From contig NW_019091360.1 in the NCBI RefSeq assembly GCF_001949145.1, positions 3,284,864 through 3,348,863 of the forward strand: 64,000 nt of DNA, in the 5' to 3' direction. This document shows, piece after piece, positions 60,301 through 64,000 of this stretch. This DNA is from Acanthaster planci. Its lineage: Eukaryota. How positions within the stretch are numbered: the first letter of the stretch is position 1; each line of letters begins with the position of its first letter. The position numbers were made by a program, and so were the translations under genes. The notes below the pieces were generated by a model. That model had not been told where the DNA came from, made no database searches, and saw nothing but the letters and a program-made list of their open reading frames with translations.

Positions 60301-61153
60301 GCGGCAATGAAAAGTTGGGTACGCTAATGGCCATCATACCAGGGGTGTTTGTTGCAGCCAGTGAGATTCTATTTGCTAAAGGATACCAGTGAAAAAGTAA
60401 AGGGGATTCAATGCAATGGCAAAAGGCAACAACATCAATACCAGCTAATGTTTGAAACAAAAAAAGGAGGGAAAACCCAGTGTCAACATGTAGAACTTTC
60501 TAGAGATCTATTTGTCAATGTGATTGCCATGTTCTTGAGAATATGTTTCTGAAAACTGAGTTACTTGTGAAGTTAAAATGTCTGAGAAATCCTCATGGTC
60601 CTACACTTTGCATTTGTACAGAGTACAATTTCTTTACAAATACCAATATTAGCATCGGTGTAGAGTTCCCATAGTGAAAAAAAAATTGACATTGTCAGGA
60701 AATTAGTTCTGTGATAAACATATGCACTCACTGCGCTGACGTTCTAACTTAAAGAAAAAGGATGCATTTTAGATAAGCGACCAAAAAGCAAATACGACTC
60801 CTGAAATTGATTTTGTCTCCTGATGACAATCCATCCTTACACAATGCATCAGAAAAAACCACAAATGGCACAGTTCTGTACTTACCGGTACCCAATGTCT
60901 GTCGAGTGAACACTGCTGAATATGCTGAAGTGTTCATCACCCTGATACTGTAGTTTGTGCTGGGATACAAATGGTAGACGGTGAAATCCCTGATGGGGTC
61001 TGGGCCCACAGCAAACGGCGAGTCATCAGTCTGAGTGTTAGTGTCTATCCGTGTGACAACGATCTCACTCACAGAAACAGGATTCGGCCATGTCAAGGTG
61101 TAACTGAAGGAGGTCACAGTCTGACTGGCGAGTCCAAGCTGTCCCTCAGCAAA
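213..61153 (-). CDS. Giant multi-exon gene encoding at least 59 tandem FN3 domains (about 5,340 aa in window), probably extracellular or cell-surface; partial at both ends
   Basis: 67 exons with canonical AG/GT boundaries and matching phases. Each domain shows the FN3 signature (strand-B Trp or aromatic, strand-C Tyr, L-x-P-x-T-x-Y). Many N-x-S/T sequons. Last exon ends in a phase-1 donor at 213, so the gene continues left of the window. Confidence 0.93.
578..711 (-). CDS. Exon, FN3 d59 first half (PNSASNVRVKPNSEVTPVSLIIEWQPAVGLVSGYDVSYRVQGRQ)
   Basis: ccccag|GT...CAG|gtgcaa; phase 1-0; translated by hand. Confidence 0.86.
1337..1582 (-). CDS. Exon, FN3 d58
   Basis: Within ORF 1287..1754; ttcag / gtgagt; phase 1-1; LTPGTEY. 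Confidence 0.9.
2259..2543 (-). CDS. Exon, FN3 d57
   Basis: Within ORF 2242..2562; aaag / gtaatg; phase 1-1; LLPGTTY. Confidence 0.88.
2880..3128 (-). CDS. Exon, FN3 d56
   Basis: Within ORF 2761..3138; ttcag / gtaagt; phase 1-1; LIPGTEY. Confidence 0.9.
3699..3980 (-). CDS. Exon, FN3 d55
   Basis: ORF 3694..3981; tacag / gttagt; phase 1-1; LLPNTSY. Confidence 0.9.
4881..5222 (+). mobile_element. tRNA-derived SINE (family A) with CORE-like central segment
   Basis: A box TGGCCGAGTGG 4893-4903, B box GGTTCGAGTCC 4937-4947, then gtgaccttaggcaagtcag...ctctccacccaggtg...gggtacc, ending in a TTA-rich tail. A degraded homolog lies at about 23325-23500. Confidence 0.75.
5226..5340 (+). repeat. 21-bp tandem repeat (ttattactggctgtttattat, about 5.5 copies) at the SINE 3' tail
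   Basis: Read directly. Confidence 0.9.
5438..5701 (-). CDS. Exon, FN3 d54
   Basis: Extends ORF 5409..5684; ttcag / gtaaga; phase 1-1; LYPGRAY. Confidence 0.9.
6762..7061 (-). CDS. Exon, FN3 d53
   Basis: ORF 6754..7092; ctcag / gtgagt; phase 1-1; LDPETDY. Confidence 0.92.
7663..7783. repeat. 60-bp direct tandem duplication (2 copies)
   Basis: gggtaccccttagctgtataacactgccaaaccagcttaccacag recurs at 60-bp spacing. Confidence 0.85.
8303..8551 (-). CDS. Exon, FN3 d52
   Basis: Within ORF 8175..8684; ccaag / gtacgt; phase 1-1; LQPARVY. Confidence 0.86.
8777..9052 (-). CDS. Exon, FN3 d51
   Basis: ORF 8715..9059; gttag / gtacca; phase 1-1; LDPGRNY. Confidence 0.9.
9414..9555. mobile_element. Short MITE-like element, possibly hAT-type
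   Basis: Imperfect terminal inverted repeats cagtggtgtggc ... gttacgccactg; no clean TSD. Confidence 0.45.
9727..9984 (-). CDS. Exon, FN3 d50
   Basis: Extends ORF 9677..9880; ttcag / gtaagg; phase 1-1; LIPGEEY. Confidence 0.9.
10422..10833. other. Assembly gap (412 N) inside intron d49-d50
   Basis: Run of N. Confidence 1.
11011..11295 (-). CDS. Exon, FN3 d49
   Basis: Extends ORF 10997..11275; ttcag / gtaatg; phase 1-1; LFPNTTY. Confidence 0.9.
11582..11702. mobile_element. About 120-bp MITE, PIF/Harbinger-like; second copy at 52825-52950
   Basis: Imperfect TIRs gggccgcgtccgaa ... ttaggatgcagccc; internal sequence clearly homologous to the 52825 copy. Confidence 0.6.
11812..12063 (-). CDS. 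Exon, FN3 d48
   Basis: ORF 11753..12082; ttcag / gtaaga; phase 1-1; LYPGRKY. Confidence 0.9.
12854..13138 (-). CDS. Exon, FN3 d47
   Basis: Extends ORF 12813..13109; cttag / gtgagt; phase 1-1; LLPETAY. Confidence 0.9.
13641..13913 (-). CDS. Exon, FN3 d46
   Basis: ORF 13627..13941; aacag / gtaagt; phase 1-1; LMPGRLY. Confidence 0.9.
14865..14989 (-). CDS. Exon, FN3 d45 second part (FTIDGLFPDTCYVVSIQALAHNLAGDGFCASDNPCIRTTQT)
   Basis: cacag|G TTC...ACA A|gtaagc; phase 2-1; translated by hand. Confidence 0.87.
15141..15273. repeat. Perfect 19-bp minisatellite (aacggaagagggtgccagt x7)
   Basis: 133 bp = 7 x 19, no spacers. Confidence 0.95.
15545..15700 (+). mobile_element. Degenerate tRNA-derived SINE head
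   Basis: A-box-like tggttgttaagtgg and B-box-like ggttcaagtcc (about 15595-15605) at tRNA-like spacing. Confidence 0.45.
15934..16102 (-). CDS. Exon, FN3 d45 first part (PPDPGAITMLTPGPTTIALVWAPAVGGDLNFYRVRYYDPTGRE...)
   Basis: cacag|AT...GA|gtaagt; phase 1-2; translated by hand. Confidence 0.87.
16645..17093. mobile_element. Tc1/mariner-pogo (Tigger)-type non-autonomous element
   Basis: TA|cagtggaacaccgctata ... tatagcggcgttccactg|TA: terminal inverted repeats with TA target duplication. Confidence 0.75.
18057..18296 (-). CDS. Exon, FN3 d44
   Basis: ORF 18037..18360; cacag / gtaagc; phase 1-1; LTPTTVY. Confidence 0.88.
18785..19069 (-). CDS. Exon, FN3 d43
   Basis: Extends ORF 18771..18953; ttcag / gtacgt; phase 1-1; LQPSTQY. 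Confidence 0.88.
19671..19928 (-). CDS. Exon, FN3 d42
   Basis: ORF 19585..19989; gatag / gtaagt; phase 1-1; LVPGQQY. Confidence 0.9.
20439..20735 (-). CDS. Exon, FN3 d41
   Basis: ORF 20398..20754; atcag / gtagga; phase 1-1; LLPDRMY. Confidence 0.88.
21221..21472 (-). CDS. Exon, FN3 d40
   Basis: ORF 21129..21635; cacag / gtgagt; phase 1-1; LIPGKEY. Confidence 0.9.
21905..22075 (+). mobile_element. Degraded SINE (family B), homolog of 63097-63367
   Basis: ctttcctcgtcttccacctctgc...gtgggttttccctggaatatt...ttttcctctcacctctaaaactg aligns by eye with the reverse complement of 63190-63350. Confidence 0.7.
22266..22553 (-). CDS. Exon, FN3 d39
   Basis: ORF 22249..22698; ggcag / gtaagc; phase 1-1; LLPASDY. 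Confidence 0.9.
22868..23158 (-). CDS. Exon, FN3 d38
   Basis: Extends ORF 22824..23123; tccag / gtaagt; phase 1-1; LVPGRLY. Confidence 0.9.
23325..23500 (+). mobile_element. 5'-truncated, diverged copy of SINE family A
   Basis: Collinear similarity to 4965-5160 (gtgacct...catccagg...atgggtac...gagggaagag...ctccaggga...). Confidence 0.55.
23679..23981 (-). CDS. Exon, FN3 d37
   Basis: ORF 23674..24012; tccag / gttagt; phase 1-1; LKPDSDY. Confidence 0.9.
24613..24873 (-). CDS. Exon, FN3 d36
   Basis: ORF 24581..24910; atcag / gtaggt; phase 1-1; LSPATIY. Confidence 0.9.
24999..25280 (-). CDS. Exon, FN3 d35
   Basis: Extends ORF 24979..25266; tttag / gtgagg; phase 1-1; LLPSTTY. Confidence 0.9.
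25570..25824 (-). CDS. Exon, FN3 d34
   Basis: ORF 25562..25858; tacag / gtacgt; phase 1-1; LVAGELY. Confidence 0.9.
26114..26398 (-). CDS. Exon, FN3 d33
   Basis: ORF 26100..26399; tttag / gtaagt; phase 1-1; LFPATSY. Confidence 0.9.
26911..27159 (-). CDS. Exon, FN3 d32
   Basis: ORF 26897..27175; tacag / gtaagt; phase 1-1; LRPGSLY. Confidence 0.9.
28394..28675 (-). CDS. Exon, FN3 d31
   Basis: ORF 28332..28865; cacag / gtaact; phase 1-1; LLPGSMY. Confidence 0.9.
29237..29506 (-). CDS. Exon, FN3 d30
   Basis: ORF 29073..29525; cacag / gtaagt; phase 1-1; LTPGELY. Confidence 0.9.
29921..30217 (-). CDS. Exon, FN3 d29
   Basis: ORF 29769..30242; tgtag / gtaaac; phase 1-1; LMPLSEY. Confidence 0.9.
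30412..30649. repeat. 48-bp minisatellite (about 5 copies)
   Basis: Unit tggcatcaatgctctggtcaagaccccccaagactattaccagcaccc. Confidence 0.95.
31090..31216 (-). CDS. Exon, FN3 d28 second half
   Basis: gccag|ATA...A|gtaaga; phase 0-1; LQPSRIY. Confidence 0.86.
31620..31738 (-). CDS. Exon, FN3 d28 first half
   Basis: ttcag|CG...GAG|gtacta; phase 1-0; QLLVRRLTSTSADLVW. Confidence 0.85.
31913..32087 (-). CDS. Exon, FN3 d27 second half (VSYFAEGTVKLMSDIISTTNFDLTELYPNTSYTIEVVAVSG...)
   Basis: attag|GTC...T|gtaagc; phase 0-1; translated by hand. Confidence 0.88.
32450..32928. mobile_element. Dispersed non-autonomous repeat (family C), homolog of 37495-38015
   Basis: Shared blocks cattcataaa.acctcagacag, ggaatataccataaaatggac, aaatcgttggaaatccat, gagccggtcttaaatgcatgtttaagac. 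Confidence 0.75.
33282..33874. mobile_element. TTAA-flanked non-autonomous DNA transposon (piggyBac-like), copy 1
   Basis: ttaa(a)ccacttgccgctgggg ... cccctggcacgatgtgg|ttaa; internal homology to 46972-47554. Confidence 0.7.
33964..34073 (-). CDS. Exon, FN3 d27 first half
   Basis: ttcag|TC...AGG|gtaagc; phase 1-0; VTPVSLSVRWTAPSGDVTGYR. Confidence 0.88.
34369..34623 (-). CDS. Exon, FN3 d26
   Basis: ORF 34295..34633; ggcag / gtaagt; phase 1-1; LTPGREY. Confidence 0.9.
34779..34878. repeat. About 20-bp tandem repeat (aagatattttttttcaccct, about 5 copies)
   Basis: Read directly; T-tract length varies. Confidence 0.9.
35480..35664 (-). CDS. Exon, FN3 d25 second part
   Basis: cacag|G ATA...G|gtacat; phase 2-1; LEPETNY. 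Confidence 0.87.
36230..36332 (-). CDS. Exon, FN3 d25 first part
   Basis: tgcag|TA...AG|gtaaag; phase 1-2; ADITWSGFQGDPIFDRYR. Confidence 0.85.
37161..37412 (-). CDS. Exon, FN3 d24
   Basis: ORF 37102..37425; ctcag / gtatgt; phase 1-1; LTPGQRY. Confidence 0.9.
37495..38015. mobile_element. Dispersed non-autonomous repeat (family C) with two sets of inverted repeats
   Basis: cattcataaatacct ... aggtgtttatgaatg, then gggaataaatctgtgcttggccagtcttagac ... gtttaagaccagccaagcacgtatttattccc. Confidence 0.75.
38385..38663 (-). CDS. Exon, FN3 d23
   Basis: ORF 38248..38676; gtcag / gtgagt; phase 1-1; LTPDKLY. Confidence 0.9.
38998..39315 (-). CDS. Exon, FN3 d22 (longest domain, 106 aa)
   Basis: ttcag|GT AAC...ACC A|gtatgt; phase 1-1; STSLGFAWLPV...LQPGQPY; extends ORF 38924..39112. 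Confidence 0.87.
40264..40451. repeat. 21-bp minisatellite (ggcggatcatcaatccacacc, about 9 copies)
   Basis: Read directly. Confidence 0.95.
40704..40893 (-). CDS. Exon, FN3 d21 second part
   Basis: cacag|GTG...G|gtgagt; phase 0-1; ORF 40696..40902. Confidence 0.87.
41307..41404 (-). CDS. Exon, FN3 d21 first part (PSAVPGISFGNSGDFQILVQWTNPVGYFDRFE)
   Basis: tacag|AC...GAG|gtaatt; phase 1-0; translated by hand. Confidence 0.86.
42372..42635 (-). CDS. Exon, FN3 d20
   Basis: ORF 42340..42660; gacag / gtctgt; phase 1-1; LDPATVY. Confidence 0.88.
43030..43314 (-). CDS. Exon, FN3 d19
   Basis: ORF 43022..43327; tccag / gtaagt; phase 1-1; LDPLTSY. Confidence 0.9.
43533..43698. mobile_element. Palindromic MITE-like element (about 69-bp arms)
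   Basis: Left arm ttcacaatagtgcgccaccaagagtttgcagcacgttggccaatca... is nearly the reverse complement of the right arm ...tgattggccaacgtgttgcaaactcttggtggcgcactactgtgaa. Confidence 0.75.
44829..45092 (-). CDS. Exon, FN3 d18
   Basis: ORF 44728..45303; catag / gtgagt; phase 1-1; LQPGQLY. Confidence 0.9.
45344..45610 (-). CDS. Exon, FN3 d17
   Basis: ORF 45336..45659; cacag / gtaagt; phase 1-1; LEPGKAY. Confidence 0.92.
46077..46337 (-). CDS. Exon, FN3 d16
   Basis: ORF 46063..46401; catag / gtactt; phase 1-1; LIPGTSY. Confidence 0.88.
46475..46771 (-). CDS. Exon, FN3 d15
   Basis: Extends ORF 46398..46703; ctcag / gtgcac; phase 1-1; LKPDTSY. Confidence 0.88.
46972..47554. mobile_element. TTAA-type non-autonomous DNA transposon (piggyBac-like), copy 2
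   Basis: ttaa|ccacttgatgccaggg ... cctggcagcatgtgg|ttga; collinear with 33282-33874. Confidence 0.7.
47661..47820 (-). CDS. Exon, FN3 d14 second part
   Basis: cacag|CTG...G|gtagga; phase 0-1; YTFTGLPPGVVHTI. Confidence 0.86.
48485..48582 (-). CDS. Exon, FN3 d14 first part (NSFVGEIINHRSTTSTITIYWTPAADSTTRYR)
   Basis: cacag|GG...CGA|gtaggc; phase 1-0; translated by hand. Confidence 0.82.
48916..49200 (-). CDS. Exon, FN3 d13
   Basis: ORF 48737..49222; gttag / gtagtt; phase 1-1. Confidence 0.88.
49801..50052 (-). CDS. Exon, FN3 d12
   Basis: ORF 49628..50224; aacag / gtaaga; phase 1-1; LKAGFRY. Confidence 0.9.
50971..51258 (-). CDS. Exon, FN3 d11
   Basis: ORF 50945..51259; accag / gtaagt; phase 1-1; LEPDTDY. 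Confidence 0.9.
52090..52344 (-). CDS. Exon, FN3 d10
   Basis: ORF 52070..52435; ctcag / gtaagc; phase 1-1; LEPGSFY. Confidence 0.9.
52825..52950. mobile_element. About 120-bp MITE with TAA target duplication (PIF/Harbinger-like), copy of 11582-11702
   Basis: taa|ggtcatgtcc ... gatgcagcc|taa. Confidence 0.6.
53367..53633 (-). CDS. Exon, FN3 d9
   Basis: Extends ORF 53362..53571; ttcag / gttagt; phase 1-1; LTPGLSY. Confidence 0.88.
54063..54479. repeat. 34-bp minisatellite (12 units) containing the adjacent exon's donor-junction sequence
   Basis: Unit caagtactactcaatacactcaccagtctgagag; its actcaccagtctg equals 54491-54503. Confidence 0.95.
54497..54709 (-). CDS. Exon, FN3 d8 (short, 71 aa, degenerate)
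   Basis: ORF 54486..54710; cacag / gtgagt; phase 1-1; LTPGVVY; lacks the strand-B Trp. Confidence 0.85.
55332..55502 (-). CDS. Exon, FN3 d7 second part
   Basis: aatag / gtcagt; phase 1-1; LTPQTSY. Confidence 0.87.
56280..56393 (-). CDS. Exon, FN3 d7 first part
   Basis: gtcag / gtaagc; phase 1-1; DFAFRWGSSPGASDYMITY. Confidence 0.86.
56396..56555. repeat. Degenerate about 60-bp tandem repeat (about 2.5 copies) abutting the d7 acceptor
   Basis: acacaaaac..aacttttggaatagcttcct recurs three times. Confidence 0.75.
56711..56965 (-). CDS. Exon, FN3 d6
   Basis: ORF 56694..56981; gtcag / gtaagg; phase 1-1. Confidence 0.88.
57136..57393 (-). CDS. Exon, FN3 d5
   Basis: ORF 57131..57409; cacag / gttagc; phase 1-1; LEPGTQY. 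Confidence 0.9.
57664..57915 (-). CDS. Exon, FN3 d4
   Basis: ORF 57656..57961; tgcag / gtaagt; phase 1-1; LTPGTEY. Confidence 0.9.
58810..59053. mobile_element. MITE-like element
   Basis: TIRs catgggcatcaatc ... gattgatgcctatg. Confidence 0.5.
59334..59612 (-). CDS. Exon, FN3 d3
   Basis: ORF 59284..59661; tccag / gtactg; phase 1-1; LNPNSPY. Confidence 0.88.
60103..60375 (-). CDS. Exon, FN3 d2 (divergent)
   Basis: ORF 60074..60460; tttag / gtttgt; phase 1-1; LTPGTLY. Confidence 0.82.
60886..61153 (-). CDS. Exon, FN3 d1 (most 5' exon found; phase-0 acceptor)
   Basis: ORF 60749..61159; tgcag|TTT / gtaagt; YTLTWPNP...LYPSTNY. Confidence 0.8.
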
Positions 61154-63096
61154 CTGCAATCAAAGCACAACGTGGAAAACACCAAGGAAATTAATTGGGG
61201 CAGGATTTTGTCAGCTAAATGTTTCAGCCAACACTATCCCCTGCTGACTTCAACGAGTCTTATGTCAAGGTTTGGTCACCTTTGGCAGATTTGGGGGTCA
61301 CTATTAGAATTCTGCAGGTAATGGTTGGCGGGGGGGTCACAAGTGAAAGCACAAAGGTAAAGCATGAGACCCAGGGGATGAGGTTTCTCGTGCCTGACAA
61401 AAAGGCTTCATTTCAATTACAAACCATTTGTTGCACTTAGAGCTCCAAAATATCCAACAAATAAACTTCCAGGTGCAGAATAAATTAGTATTCAAACATT
61501 TTTCAACCATGTTGCCTGCAGTACTCAAGGAAAAAAAGAACAAGAATTTTTCAGGAGTTGGGATGTTTGTTGTTGTTGCTTTGTTGCTATTGTCACTGTT
61601 TGTCTTTGTTTCTGCCATGGGGTTAGATTAGGTATGATACCAGACAGTTGCTTTCAGAGGGTTGCACGGCTAAGAGTCCCTGACAGGTGTTTTTGTTTCC
61701 CATCTTGTCCAAAAAGCCATGGTCACAAATTTTCATTAATTAAAGCAAGGTACACATAGAACTGGAAACTATGTGAAAGTTGTGTTTTTGAGATATGCAT
61801 CCTAGAAAAATTCCACACTTTGGAACTTGCTGATCAAGAATAGACATGTATGACAGGAAAAGCTGCAGGGAAATGAATTAAAAAAGATTAAGGACATAAG
61901 CTTTTTGAAAACAAGAAAGGACAAAGGGAATTGGGTCCTTCAAGCTTCACTTGTAATTCTCATGTTGTAGCTTGCGTAACTCTAGCCCTGCACTGGAAAA
62001 TTAACGTGACACACTTTGACCATGACTGGTGATGTTTCTCTTGTTGATCATTCCTCAGGCAGCTCACTCGGGAACCATTTTGTTGAAAAACTTAAGTTCA
62101 TTTAATTAAATACTGGTGCCATTACCTTCATTCATGCATTTGTGTCATTAAATTTAGTCCATTCGATAATGACGGCATCCAGAAATTGGACACCAATTCA
62201 GCCTGGTGTTCCCTAACGACCTAGCTCCAGAAACAAAATCCCATGTTAACATTTGAGAATTCTAGGCCAAGCCGCCATCATAAGTTCTAGGTCAGTGATG
62301 ATAGACCTCTTTGTCAGTTTAAAACGCTCTAACTTAGCCTATATGTACCTCCCTGAATCGCTTTTGTGCACTCTATTCCAGCTACTTCGAACGTCACAAG
62401 AGTTTGTGCTCTTCGACAGAAAATTTCCGTAAACGGTGTTCAACCAACTTAACTTACATGTAGGCTTGGCCTTGCCTTGGCCTAACCACCGTACCAACTT
62501 GACCGCGCACCGCACTTCAAATCCATATCAAATTACGTGCATCGTCTGCTTTTACTCTTCTGTACATACAAATCCTATTCTTTTCGCGATCACACTCCAC
62601 CAATAGAGGGGGCTATGTCGACCAACAAGCGTGTGGATGCATCGATGCCACAGGCATATTAAAAAAGTTTTGTGGGGCGATTTGTGCATGGGTAGTATGC
62701 GAGAAGTGTAACTTTTTCCGACTTTGTCGATAATGATTCTTGGCGAGGTCTAGTAGGAGAATGTCTTCCTTTCTCTGTGTTTCTTTCTTTCTTTATGGAA
62801 TGGCATGCTTTAGAAATAGTATCGGCACCCTTAAAATTAATGATCATTTCAGAAAAAAATTGTCAATCCATGTGTTTTAATCCTCCATTATCTGCCTGAG
62901 CTCAAGACTAAAGGCTGAATACTCTTCTATGGAGATGCCCTATCACCCCACTCCGTCAGCTTCTCAGTAAAAACAAAGACCCAACAACAAATCACCAAGG
63001 AACTGAACATTTAAGACAGCAAAATCCCCAGTTTTTGACAAATTTTGGTGTTGAAATACCTGCAGCGTGGGGTTTTTCCTGGGGTGAAAAAAAGGA

Positions 63097-63367
63097 TTAT
63101 TATTATTTCTTTCTAGTAATAACACCAAGGATTCCTCAAAAGCGCCCTGGGCACTGTAGCTCGCAAGCCTGAAGAAACCCGTAGAGAGGAGACAGTGAAA
63201 AGCAGTTACAGTTTTAGAGGTGGGAGGAAAACCCCAAAGGAATATTCCGGGTAAAACCCACGGAGTCGGGTAAGGACTGAAAACCCAATCCACATGTGGA
63301 CCGGGCTGGGATTCGAACACGGGCCGCAGAGGTAGAAGGCGAGGAAAGAACCACTTCGCCAACCTAA
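63097..63367 (-). mobile_element. tRNA-derived SINE (family B) with V/Meta-SINE-like central domain
   Basis: Minus strand: A box TGGCGAAGTGG, B box GTTCGAATCCC, then cgtgggttttacccggaatattcctttggggttttcctcccac, then an (AAT)n tail. Confidence 0.78.
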
Positions 63368-64000
63368 CTGCAAAGGGAATAACGCATAAGACACTTTCAT
63401 GTACTTGCTATATGCTTGTACAGCGTCAATGCTTTGGCATGCGTAACACCGGCGACCTTTCTATGGAACAAAAACCAGGAATTTTGCCCATGAATGGAAT
63501 CAGACTTGCATATTTCCCATTAACCATTAGCGAGGCTAAATGATTCGGTCCACTGCACAAAATATTTCTAAATAGCATACTGCGTGTACATAGGGCGTGC
63601 AGGTTAAATGCATAATGGTGTTCATACATAAAGCAATAGTACTTGTAGCACACACTGACTGAGGCGATATGGGTGGAAATGTTTATTTTACAGTACATGG
63701 TTTTGTACCGCGTGCTCTCTCTTTGCATGACAGACACGGTTTTTGCCAACCAAATCACTGACGCGTTGGTACAGATCAAGGAATAACGCCCGACGTGTGA
63801 CCGCATAATTTCACTCACAGTGCAATTAAATGGTGGATGAACCCCTCCGTTTAAATTTAACGACGAAAAGGGGCATTTTCAGGCAAAATCTGTCATCAAG
63901 GGTGAACTTTCAAGGAGTAACATACAAAAGACAAGAAGAAGAAGAGTAAATCCCTTATGGTTTCTCTCTTTGAGTGGTTTCCACTCTTTTTAAAGTGGTT

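Noticed and set aside
213..61153. Naming the gene fibronectin, tenascin-X, PTPRQ, usherin or titin/twitchin
   Set aside because: No diagnostic non-FN3 domains or RGD in the window; FN3 similarity alone cannot establish orthology.
213..61153. Dscam-like mutually exclusive exon cluster
   Set aside because: Exons are highly divergent, ordered in a strict 2/8 periodicity and splice consecutively in frame, which fits a linear array rather than alternatives.
2857..61321. Numerous plus-strand ORFs overlapping exons
   Set aside because: Antisense shadows of the GC-richer FN3 exons, with no coherent protein features.
61563..61631. Signal-peptide-like MFVVVALLLLSLFVFVSAMG on the plus strand
   Set aside because: Wrong strand for the FN3 gene, T/G-rich low complexity, and an in-frame TAG precedes the nearest good donor; no downstream plus-strand exons seen.

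Overview
Eukaryotic (metazoan) genomic DNA; the repeat content suggests an invertebrate, possibly a deuterostome, but that is only an inference. Almost the whole window is one multi-exon gene on the minus strand. I reconstructed 67 GT-AG exons by hand between 61153 and 213. They splice into one uninterrupted reading frame of about 16,021 nt (about 5,340 aa) made only of 59 tandem fibronectin type III (FN3) domains. 51 domains are single exons, inter-domain introns are phase 1, and 8 domains are split by one internal intron. The start codon/signal exon is not resolved, and the 3' end runs off the left edge. The domains alternate long and short types, and from domain 18 on they form a titin-like 8-domain super-repeat (5 full copies plus a partial sixth). 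Introns hold tRNA-derived SINEs, several MITE-like elements, minisatellites (one is built from the adjacent splice-donor sequence) and a 412-N assembly gap. No tRNA, rRNA or CRISPR features are supported. Domain numbers (d1-d59) run in transcript order from high to low coordinate.
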